A DNA stretch of 62,509 nucleotides, filler included, from Dugesia japonica (Eukaryota): the NCBI GenBank assembly GCA_001938525.1. It is 5 parts of 5 records of this genome, joined end to end, with 100 filler letters (N's around TTAATTAATTAA, not from the genome) between each part and the next. Parts side by side here need not be neighbours in the genome. Positions count along the whole stretch, not along the records: positions 42,379 to 51,579 come from MQRL01636108.1; positions 51,680 to 62,509 come from MQRL01648459.1; 3 more parts are not named here. The stretch is one strand, 5' to 3'. The translations under genes were made by a program, and so were the position numbers. A model generated the notes under the pieces. It searched no databases. It had not been told where the DNA came from and saw only the letters and a program-made list of their open reading frames with translations. Shown here piece by piece: positions 43,601 to 54,700 of this stretch (position 1 is its first letter; each line of letters begins with the position of its first letter).

Positions 43601-44485
43601 AATTTCAGAAGATAAATTATTATGTCCAGATTTTACAGCTGAAATTAATAATGTTAACTTTTCAAATAATGCTATTGGATTTCCTGGCTTTATGGTTTTA
43701 GCTCCTTGTCCACTTTTTGTTGCCCTTGTGGTTGTTGGTATTTTCTTAGTTTTTTGTGTGGATAAAAAATCACCTTCTTCTGATTCACTATTTAATTTAA
43801 TATGTTCAGAATCAGATTTAGGGTGTTCTGATTCTGATTCTGCTTCTAGTTTAGTTATTTTTTCTTTTTTTGTTCTTTTAGGTTTTTCTTTTTCAATATC
43901 TACTTTTCTAAATTTTTTCTTTAATTTATTAACATAATCACAATTAGTAGGAATTGGAGCTATAAATTTTAAATAAACCTCAATTTCTTCAGGTGTTTCT
44001 TTTTTATCTAAATTTCCTAAAATCATTCTAAATATTCCATCGGAGTATGGAATAACTTCTGATTTAAATAAGAAATAATTATCACCATCTTCTCCGTCAG
44101 AGAATAAATGAATTTTATTTCCTTTTAGATTTATTTCCATAAAACTTTTTATTTTATCGATAGAAGCAATATCTAATTTAGAAAATTTAGGAATAATTGT
44201 TTGAGTTAATTTTCCAGTGGTATTAATATTTTCAATTGAATATTCAGGAATAAATGGAATTACATTTTCATTTAAAAAGAATTTTGTTAAATCTCTAGAT
44301 TCTATTATTTGTTCTTTTATTGGTTGTATTGGTTTAGATTTTTTTATTGCAGTGATAGTTGGTTTTTGTAAAATTGATAAGTCACTTTGTAAATTATTAT
44401 AATCAAGAACATTACTACAAAAATAATTATTATATTGTTCTTGAGCTTTAATTAGAGCTTTTAATTCTTTAATTCTTTCTTCCAT
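43601..44485 (-). CDS. Polinton conserved ORF (C-terminal L..L.LL..A..SG.N...EI motif; the GasderminX-type gene of adintoviruses); true end lies in the N gap
   Basis: ALFEKLTLLISAVKSGHNNLSSEI after a charged low-complexity linker and KSGQG. Confidence 0.6.
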
Positions 44486-44497
44486 TTTATATAGATT

Positions 44498-45050
44498 TAA
44501 TTTTGTTCAGTTTCTGTTTGTCCGGAGGCCAGCGAAGCGTTTTCAGTTTCAGATTCAGTTTCTTCATCAACTGTGTTTTCCTTTATGTATGCTATAAGGA
44601 TTAAGATATATTCCATTTCCATGTTGAATTATATGGGTTCCATTTTTAAACTTTTTTGTTAACCCTTTAAATTTAGGATCAATATTTTTTAAATATTTAT
44701 GAATTGCTGAACCTTGATATGGATTTAAAAATATACCTGTTCCTTGTGTTAATTTTTTTGCTTCTACTTGTTTTTGTAATTCAACTAATTCAGTTTCTTT
44801 TTGTATTTTAATAGCATTTCTAGATTCTGTAACAGTTTTTGCAATTCCAGCTGCTAATCCAGATGTAGTTGCTAATCCTGCAATTATTGCTGGAATGGCA
44901 GCTAGAAATGCAAATCCACCTTCTTGCTACGGGTTTAAGTTCATCTTTAACTTTTTTAGAAATATAATAATTTTTACCGTTGATCTTTACAGATTTACAT
45001 TTTTTAGAATTTATAATTTTAATTAGTTCTTCTTCTGTTGCTTCGGTCAT
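44498..45050 (-). pseudogene. pX/core-protein-like ORF, frameshifted
   Basis: After a frameshift at ~44925: EGGFAFLAAIPAIIAGLATTSGLAAGIAK...QGTGIFLNPY, and after a second shift HGNGIYLNPY. Confidence 0.6.
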
Positions 45051-48000
45051 TTATTAATATTATTATTTGAGCAAGGAGTACAGTGATTTATTTTGTCTAA
45101 TCTTAAATGCCATATGTTACATTTTACACAATAATATTTATTTCCATTTGGCCATGTTCTTGTTGCATCATCTTCTATAATTCTTTTATCATCAAATGCT
45201 ATTAATGCTATTTTCTTTTGTTCTACTAATTCAATATTATGACAATCTGATTTTAAAGAATAATTAGTTCCATAAATTATTTTCTTTGGATCATTTAATA
45301 CTAAATCAAAATCTTTCATTAATAATTTATTATTTTTCTTAACACCTTTATTTCTAGAATCAAAACCAATCTCTTTATGGGTCGCTGTGCTTGCTGTGTG
45401 GGCTGCGCTATATGAATAAGCATAAGATTTTGCTTTTATAAAATTACCTTGAGTTATTTCACAATTGGGTTTTTCATCTTTCATTTGAAATAAATTATCT
45501 CCAAGTAGGCTTTCTAATTTTANNANATTATCTCTATGTTTTATTTCAACAAAGATACAATCTGTATTTTTTATTATCAATGGAAATCCACAATTAAATG
45601 TTCCATCTTCAGTTTCAATGTCATATACCCATTCATCAGCTTCTCTTAAAAATTTTACACTTTGAAAATTATATGTAACATCTTTAGGATTTAATTCTCC
45701 AAGTTCAAATTCACCTATAACACTTAAATATGTGCTGCTAAGATAATATGCTTTAGCTAAAGATATTTTATCTGGAAATTTTCTATTTTTAAATTTTAAT
45801 TGTCTAGTAAACATTTCATTNNNNNNNNNNNNNNNNNNNNNNNNNNNNNNNNNNNNNNNNNNNNNNNNNNNNNNNNNNNNNNNNNNNNNNNNNNNNNNNN
45901 NNNNNNNNNNNNNNNNNCCGTGTGTTCTAACTCTATAAATCTTTTTATGAGTTTTGTGTTTTATTACTTTTTTTAGTGGAACCCAATCGCTTTTAGTCCA
46001 AATTTCATAATCTTCTGGATTCGAATAATATTTATTATTATATCTACATAAATCTTTTTAATTATTATTTTATTATTTCTTTTTAGTATTATTGGAGTGT
46101 CAGCTGTTACACTGTCAGTATAATGAATTTTATAGTTATCTTCACCAATTAAAGGTTGCATTTGATTGTAAATAAAATCATACATAACTTGTTTTGCATG
46201 TTCAAGAATAGTAAATCCAATATATGGAAATTTAATATATCTTAATTTACCTTTTATCATATTCATTGCTGCAACAGTGGCTTCATTTGAATCATTTAAT
46301 GAAAAGATTTTACTAGATTTAAATGTTGTTTTAGCTGCAAATCTTTGATAATATTTGTCAGTATCAACAATTTCAATATTACAACGATTTCTAATATTTT
46401 CAAGGGTTTTTCCATAGAATGCATTTAACATTAATTTATAAATATAATCTCCAAATACATCTTTAATTCTTTTAGATTCTTTTCTTAATGCAATTAATTT
46501 ATAAACATAATCTTTAAACCATGGAGATGTTTTCATTTTAATTTTTTTATGAATTTTTATTAGTTTCATACCAATTTTTAAATAGAGATCTAATGTACTT
46601 CCAAGACACACATAATTTTTCTTATCAAATTGATTCAATGTAAGTTTAACATTATCTTTTGACAATTTTCTATTAAAACTTAATTGATAATTACTTAACA
46701 TTTCATTTGTAATATTTATTTTCTCTGGACATAATGGGAAATATTTAGTTCTATCATGTAATTCTTTTGGATAATCAAGATCAACTTCATAAATAAAATT
46801 CATTTTATCAGTTGCTGGTTCATAACACAGTTCGTTGCACTCGTACATTTCACCTGTTGGTAATGGTCTTGTCATGCATGATGCATATAAAGAATTTTCA
46901 TCAATATATTTTATAAATGTTTCTTCTAATAAATCATTAAAATATTCATCTGGAATAAATTCATGTTCATTCATTGTTTTAAGAAGATCTAGATATTGTG
47001 TTTTATTTAATTTTCTAGGATTTGATTTTTCATTATTTGAAAATACTTGACGTTCACCTAGAACACCAGAATAGCCACCTCAAATTCCAGATTCAACTGT
47101 TAAGAACATATCATAAGTTTCAGGTTTAGCATATTTTAAATAATCATTTGCATTTAACATTCAAGTTTCCCATGAATATCCTGGTGCAGAATATGAATAA
47201 CAAGGATCTAATCTAAGAAGATTATTTAAACATGAATTACGAAAGTTTTCTAAGAAATCAGATAATATTAACACATCAAGTTTCATATAATGTAACATAT
47301 AATTCCATAAATTATCAAATTGTGCAAAATCATTATAAAATATTTGATAGTCTTCATCAGATATTTCTTTTTGAGTTAGAGTGTTAAAGAAATCTTTTTT
47401 CTCTGGTATTTTGTTAGATTTTAATAATGTTTNNNNNNNNNNNNNNNNNNNNNNNNNNNNNNNNNNNNNNNNNNNNNNNNNNNNNNNNNNNNNNNNNNNN
47501 NNNNNNNNNNNNNNNNNNNNNNNNNNNNNNNNNNNNNNNNNNNNNNNNNNNNNNNNNNNNNNNNNNNNNNNNNNNNNNNNNNNNNNNNNNNNNNNNNNNN
47601 NNNNNNNNNNNNNNNNNNNNNNNTAATTATCTGATGTGTGTGGAATTATCTTTTTTACTTTTCCTGGAAATTTTGTTAATAATTCTCGGAAAAATAAATG
47701 ATTATCATAACCAGATGCATTATGAAAGTAAAATGGTATAATTAAATTTTTAATACTTTTATCATTTAAATTACATTTATTACATGAATATCCACGAAAT
47801 TTACCTGTGAAATGATTATGGTCTATAACTGGATCTTTTTTAACTTGTCCGTGGGCCAGCTTCGCGATTTTTTTGTTACAATAATAACAATTTTGATTTT
47901 TAAATGCTGGAACTTCTTCGGGTAATTCTAATATTAATTTATTATCTTTAATATCACTTAATTTATTATTAGTGTCATTTAATAATTTAAAGAATTTATC

Positions 48001-48632
48001 ATAAATATTTTCACCTGAAAATTCAAAATATTCACTTTTTAGGAGATTTTGGTGTTCACTGTGAAGATAAATTCCTAAAGATAAAGCTTTTTGTTTTTTC
48101 CTTGAATTTGTATAAGCTTCAAAATCACCAATTAATACAAATGGTATTTTATTTTTCATGTAAAATTTATTAAAGTAATAATAATTATTATATTGAAATA
48201 CAATGTTATTTGGTCTGTGGTTAATACAAGCATCTTGATGTTTAATTAATAATTCTTCACTTGATTAACAATTCATACATCGTATGCATGGATAATTTTT
48301 ATTTCTATTTTATTGAAAAATACAGTTAAATCTCGACAAAAAACATAATGATTTTTATATATTAATAAGTTACATTTATTTTCTTCTGGTTTAGGATTTC
48401 TTGTGTGATTTGAAATGTAAAGTGGTTCAAGTTTTTTATTAGCATTTACACCGAAAACATTTATTTTATAGTTATTTAATTTCTCNAATAAATGTATTTC
48501 GCCGATGTTCATAGGGAATGTTAAATTTGAATATTTTAATTCTGATAAATATGGAATGTAATTAGTTACACGTGTTGGATTATCAGGTATATGTTTATGT
48601 GCTAAAATTGAATAAAGAAAACATTTATCACA
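45047..48632 (-). pseudogene. Protein-primed family B DNA polymerase (pPolB) with EndoVII-like Zn module and an intein; stops and frameshifts
   Basis: ExoI IGDFEAY, ExoII FHNASGYD, ExoIII YMKLDV, GI*GG, motif A YIDENSLY, motif B KLMLNAFYGK, motif C YTD[intein]TDC, KAKSY, KGV, KKIALIAFDDKR. N-terminal DKCFLYSIL...HYVF region. CxxC...DHNH.TG.FRG..C..CN module. Confidence 0.95.
45566..46113 (-). other. Mini-intein in pPolB motif C (Pol-c site)
   Basis: Starts SVTADTPIILK (block A). After a frameshift: EIWTKSDWVPLKKVIKHKTHKKIYRVRTH. Ends VYDIETEDGTFNCGFPLIIKN (blocks F/G) followed by +1 Thr. Confidence 0.9.
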
Positions 48633-50582
48633 TGAGAAACATAGTTTGATTATAAATATATAATTTTAAGTAAAGTCTAAACACCACAAATCATTGTAAA
48701 TAATGCGAAATTATTTTTGTAGATGAGAAGGTAGTTAAAACAAATGAAAACTTTAAATAACTAAATTTGGGTGAAATAATTAATTTGAACATAAAATATA
48801 TTATACGTGAGATTTATTGAGGTTACTAACAAGTTTGAGAGAAACTTGAGTTATTGTAAAATTTTAAGAGGTTTGATCCCAGAGTTGATGTGCGATAGAT
48901 GGAGTTACGATGTGACCAAATAATTTGATTGGAAATTGGTTTTATTAATTATATTTGACGAAGTATTTTATTGGAGGACTTTTGTAAAAGTCAACATTGA
49001 GTATGCCAAGATTTTATTTGTTGTAATATTTTTTGTGATTTTTGAAAAGTTAACATGCACGTGAACGTAAAAATATACTATAAATAGATTCATTTATACA
49101 TGGAATTTGCAGATTTTGTGTTGAAAAATAACGTTTATTCAGTTTGATCGGATTCAATTCAATCAGAGTAATTATTATTCATTTGGGAGAATTAATTAAC
49201 AGACGCACCTTATTAAACTTAGTCAGATATTTGATTACATTCAACTTGAGCTCTAGTGTCGTGTATACCCGGACAATATGATCATAATTGTAATTATGGT
49301 AATTATAGTAATATGAAATTAAAATTTGTATTTGTAATTTCAAATACATTTATAGTAATATAAAATTAAACAATTAATATATTTATAGATTGTTAACAAT
49401 TAACATAATTGTATTTGAAATTAAAAATGGACAGTTTAATAATTTTTTTAACATTAGATTTTTTAATGATGATTTAAATTTAGGGAAATCTAATAAAAGG
49501 TTACATTATTATATGGTCAATGTTACTTAATTATATGGTATATGATGTTTAAAGAATTTCTTTTTAAAAATTTCCATCTTAAAACTTTCGTTTTAAAATT
49601 TAATTTCATAAAAATTAACTTTACCATTGATCTGTGTATATTAAAAAAATATTTTGAAAAACAAATTTAAATAAAGTTTATTTTTAATTGTAAAGATCAA
49701 AACGATATTTAAAGGTTCCATTAATATGGCAAAAAATGTGACAAAGATGTCTAATATGTTCTAAATAATATAAAATATAACATGTATTGAATAAGTAACA
49801 GTTGAGTTAGAATTCCTTGACATTTTGCTGTTACGAGTTTAGTCAATTATTGACGATGATGACTGATTGTTTTTAAACAATTGTAGCGGTGTTCAATTTA
49901 TAACCGGATGTGACCGGACGGAGGCACTGCTACCAGAGATGCACATACCGTAATCGAGTTTAACTTACTTAATACTACGCAAGTTGATCGATAAGTTAAA
50001 TTATGAACTAACTCGATTAGATGCTAACAGACCTTGATGAATTCGCTCCGTCGAACTGTACATGCTGGAGAAGGTATTGCAATGGTATGGAAGGAAATCT
50101 TTGAAAATATTTAAAAATTCAACGATCCAATTCGAAAATTTTTTAACCAATAAAACAAAATTTTTTTTTCATCAGGAAAACATAAATGTTCTCACCACTT
50201 GGTATATGTTGGCAACGAATGTGGAGGAGGTGATGTACATTAATCTACCTACTCGAGAATTCTCAAGAATTTGAAAATTATCTGTCGTTTCTCGAGAATT
50301 AAAATGTCAAAAATATGAGAAAACCTAAAAACTATTTAAGTCAAAAGTAAACGAAAATCGCGTGTTGCTGTATCAAACTTTTACACCACGGATTTAATAC
50401 GCTAGTAAGACGCGATTAATTAATTATTAAAAAATTAAAATTAAAACCAATTATAACTGCTTGGTATTTTAATATTTTTATGAATATTTTGTTTTAATCA
50501 GTCACAAATAAAAGTTATACAGATTACTAATAAATAATCTTCATTTATTCCTGTTATTTCTTTTTAAAAAAAACAATAATAA

Positions 50583-50787
50583 ACAATTTCAATAATTGCG
50601 AGAATAATTGAGGACATAACCATTGATCGTTTAACAGAATTCCTTTAAAATAAAAGCTTCGATCAAACTTTTTTGTTTTTTTATTGATATTTGATAACAA
50701 TTCGATATTTTGACTTAGTCTTCTTCAGAAATTGAAATCAATAAAAAATCAAAAAAATTTATCGAAGCTTTTATTTTAAATGAATAA
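50583..50787. mobile_element. Penelope-like pLTR fragment with inverted arm and hammerhead (50698-50734, - strand, G12A)
   Basis: Minus strand caattt-CTGAAGA-A-GAC-taa-GTC-AAAA-TA-TC-gaattg. Arms TTTAAAATAAAAGCTTCGAT / ATCGAAGCTTTTATTTTAAA. Confidence 0.72.
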
Positions 50788-50929
50788 TAATAAACCTCGA
50801 TTTTATTTTAATTAATATTAAATCTTTTAACCGATTGATCATTATTAATTGTTACTATTTTTACTGAATTAACATTTGTTGGGCTGAAACAGCACAGATC
50901 GCTAAAGAATTATAGCTTCTATTATATTA

Positions 50930-51340
50930 TTTTTTTTACGCATTACTCGTCTATTAATAGTGGGTACCCCTTTGAGTAATTACTCACGCAATCATTTATC
51001 TGCGTTGTTTATTTATTATCTCCTCACATACACACTCAATAATTTATCTGCGTGAGTAATTTTTTTCTTCCCGCCCCCAGCGCAGCTTTTATTTAATGTC
51101 AAGCGGAATCGAGGCCCATGCACGCGACAAAGCACAACAGGGGAGAAGTTAAATAGTGTGCACTAGGGCGAAAAAAGACACGCACAGAAATTATTGCGTG
51201 AGTAATTACTCAGAAGGACTTACCGTGGGTGCGCATTACTACTAGTTGAGTAGTGCGCAAATAAAAAAAGCGCAGAGCGCAGTTAAATAAAACGTGGGGG
51301 ATCGGAAATATATAATGCGTAATTACACGCGTAATTCCGT
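50930..51340. repeat. GC-enriched nested inverted-repeat/palindrome region
   Basis: 50971-50997 is a 25/27 inverted match to 51188-51214; both contain the palindrome TGAGTAATTACTCA. Hairpin at 51230-51259. Confidence 0.75.
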
Positions 51341-51362
51341 TAAAATATCATAATTAATAAAT

Positions 51363-51579
51363 ATGGGTAGCACAATAGAGAATTCGTTAAATGAGACAAC
51401 AGATTCAATAAAACCACTATTGAAAAGACCAATCGACGGCGGCAATGGTGGAGGATATGAAACTTTTAAACCGGTCGAACCAAGAATACCATTACAAGTA
51501 ACAAGATCAAGTTTTAGAAAATATCAAGAAGAATATAATAAATATCTGGAGGAGTTAGGAAAATGGAATAGAAATAAAC
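51363..51579 (+). CDS. Unknown ORF, 3'-truncated by contig end
   Basis: MGSTIENS...GGNGGGYETF...; TATATAA ~50 nt upstream; open to the linker. Confidence 0.45.
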
Positions 51580-51679
51580 NNNNNNNNNNNNNNNNNNNNN
51601 NNNNNNNNNNNNNNNNNNNNNNNTTAATTAATTAANNNNNNNNNNNNNNNNNNNNNNNNNNNNNNNNNNNNNNNNNNNN
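51580..51679. other. Artificial contig linker
   Basis: N-TTAATTAATTAA-N. Confidence 0.95.
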
Positions 51680-51960
51680 ATATTATATTTTATCATAATT
51701 GCAAAGATTTTGGTACCATTAAATTGGTAATGAGACGATGATTTCAACTAACATATTTTAAATCAGTTTGACAGATAATTGATGAGATATAAAAAGTTTT
51801 TCAGTTCCCCGGGCAGTTTAAATATTTGTCGTCGCGGCAGTTTTATTGTTTATTTCCCCCATAATCTAAAGATTCATGTCCATGGTAGTCTAGGTAATCA
51901 TAATATAAATTATTATGCCTACGAATTGCATTTAAATTGCATCTCTGTTGCATTTAAATA
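51680..51960. repeat. Interspersed repeat (MITE-like), diverged inverted copy of 57765-58040
   Basis: Shared blocks such as CATCTCTGTTGCATTT / AAATGCAACAGAGATG, CTAAAGATTCATGTC / GACATGAATCTTTAG and AAATCAGTTTGA / TCAAACTGATTT. Confidence 0.7.
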
Positions 51961-54433
51961 ACAGATAAGATATTTTTTATTTATTTATTTTCCTTTCTTT
52001 TTATTAATTTATTTTCTTTAATAAATGTTACTATTTACAAAAAAACTATTTCCGATTTAAAAGATTTATTAAATATTAAACTTTTTCTAACATTTATTTT
52101 GTTAATTGAGATAAAGTTACAATTGAAATTTCTCTCGCAGTTTCGAATAAATAATATCTACGATTTGTATTATTAATTCCTAAGTATACATTAATAAAAT
52201 TAATTTTAAAATTAATTTTAAAATTAATAGAACCTCATTACGATGAAATATTTAAGTCATTGAGACTTAATTCTTTAATTTTGATCAGTAACAATCATTT
52301 GCACATTTGGTTGTGTATCGATCAATTCATCATCACCAATTTCCTTGTTTGGTTGCGAATCAATTATTCCATCGTCAACAAATTTTTCAACCATGAATTT
52401 CAGGTTTGTGAATTTTTCAGAAAATTCTTCTAAATTATTTATTTTAAAATAATAATTTTATTTGAAAANTTTTTAAATTTATACTAGTTTGTTAACCAAT
52501 AAAAAAAACACTCAATACAATCAAATAACAACAAAAGTTGCACAGGAACGGTTGACTTCATTGTGATATTTTATGAAAACATTATTGTGTGTATTGTATA
52601 ATGTCCGTAATGTAAGCTTTTATTCTTATATGTACAAACTCTTTTATCATTGTTATTAGATAGAGCGACTTTGTGGCATTTAATACTGTTTTTCGATGTA
52701 ATCCTAAATTGATCCAGAGACCGTTTTAATCTGATTATAAGAGTCAATGTATAGCTGATGAGTAATATCATTATTATTATCATAATTCTAAAGTAATGAT
52801 AACGTGTAATAATTAAATAACAATAAATTTGTTTTATTCATTGTTGACTTTGTAATATTTTTTGTTGAATTTGCCATTCCCTATTTTGTTCATAGTCTAA
52901 AAAACTATAAAATTATATATTACAAAATAATAAATTTACTTTTTCAATTGCAAAAAATTTAAGATTTTTAAAAATATTTTTCAAATTATCATAAAAATAT
53001 TTGAGTAAGCTTTTTATACTAAATTAGTTATCCAAAAAAATTTTGATACATAAACTGATAATACCACAATGTAACATATTTTACAAATGAAATAGTTCCA
53101 CGTGACTGTAAAGATGGATTTTCGATAATGATATGGAAGAAGTATAAAAACGTTGAACTAGAGCTTTTATAACCACTATTGTTCTCCACTTTAAAATGTT
53201 ACCAGAATAAAGTTAGGTAAAGATTTGTTCTTTATACAACCACGTAATTTCTTTACTAATTGCAAAAGCAATAATTTCCTTAGTTTTAATCGAATAAACT
53301 ATATTTTGCTTATTTAATCCTATTTGATGACAAGCCAATACTGTAGGTTTACCACGTCCGAGCCTAACCAACAATTTTGTGTTTAGTAATTTATATTTAG
53401 GTTTGTTGAATGCAGATTCAAAACGAATTTTTAAAGATACTCGTTTTATTCGATTGTAAGCATTAACACCTTAAATAAGATTTGTGTTGATCTATGAAAT
53501 AAAATTGAAATGAACCTCATAGAGAATGGTTTAGATAATTTAATAGACTTTTTTCTATCTGTTTTTGCTCCATACTCCATTGCTATAAAACAAATATTCT
53601 TACTGTTACCATTATAATTTAATATAGTTTCAATCAATGTTTTTAAGTAAAATTTCTAATTCCACATTCAGTTTTCAAATTATTAAATTGAAGAATTAAT
53701 ATGGAAGAATTACTAAAACGTGTATGCAACATACAGTTACTAGGAATCAATAACTACTTTTATTATTAACGACTTTTACTTCTATATACAATAAAGTATC
53801 ATTCAAATTCAAAAATGCTGTTTATGAACCACTTAAAAGAAACTCTACATCATTTCTCAATTCAGAAATTGAATTCATTGAAAACACATTTTCAAATATA
53901 CCATATTCGACTACTGTTTGAAGAGATGGGCGATCAAAAATTTAATTCAAATTTTCCATAAATCATTTTTCGAATATTGTTTCATGTCCTTTAATTCGCT
54001 AGTTTATAAGTGATGCGTTTGACGTTTTACATTTATTATTTCTAGTCTGTTGCTTTTTGATTATTTCGATATAATATTACTTATACCACTTGGTATTTCA
54101 TTTGCTATACTTGTTGGTAAGATGTTGACTACTTTCGAGATCATACTAGTTGCTCTACTAAGTAAGAAAGATACTACATTACCAAGTTCAGATAATGCGT
54201 TAGATTTTAATGTTGGTAATATTTTTTAATTATTAAATAGAGTACATCTTGAGTTGTTTTCATATCAAAGGAACCAAAACGTTTAAGAACAGGAAGTGAA
54301 AACCTACCAATTATTCTCAACTAACCAAATCCATACCTTTTTTCCACCAGCTTGATTAATACAATACAATGAAATTATATCAGAATTAGTTATTTATTTG
54401 TCGAAAATGTAAACCAAACAGAATAAAAAACTT

Positions 54434-54700
54434 TCAAATAGACTTAAAATTGGTAAAAATTGTTGTGTGATGTTTGCCCAGAATTTGTCCCAAATCATGA
54501 GATGTCTTCTTTGCATCAGAGTTGATTGATTGTCTCAAGGCATCGTTGTTTAGTTCTTTAAGATGCTCCTCAAGATCGAAATAATGTTCTCTGAAGCGAA
54601 CAAACAGCCTTTTGATATACTGCAAAGATATTTCGGACGGTTTCCGAAGCATTTGATCCCCGATGAAACTCATAGAGCATCATATGTCTACTGTGAGAGT
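54434..54700 (-). mobile_element. mariner transposase N-terminal fragment
   Basis: RLFVRFREHYFDLEE...DALRQSINSDAKKTSHDLGQILGKHHTTI resembles the mariner HTH region. Confidence 0.6.

Larger units (their letters stand above)
42379..48632 (-). mobile_element. Polinton/Maverick (adintovirus-like) endogenous element, partial and decaying
   Basis: Tightly packed, intronless, co-oriented genes: pPolB, pX-like, 354-aa ORF, penton remnant, adenain protease, fibre-like. ATGA start/stop overlaps at 45047-45050 and 42829-42832. Confidence 0.93.

Noticed and set aside
46000-46113. PolB insertion as a spliceosomal intron or Hedgehog Hint domain
   Set aside because: It has no GT-AG boundaries, is coding throughout, and has both intein splice junctions exactly at motif C.
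47070-47165. Alternative genetic code or TGA readthrough in pPolB
   Set aside because: One TGA replaces a conserved Arg (CGA>TGA in GIRGG), frameshifts co-occur, and TGA is a normal stop in the Src gene and the protease; ordinary decay explains it.
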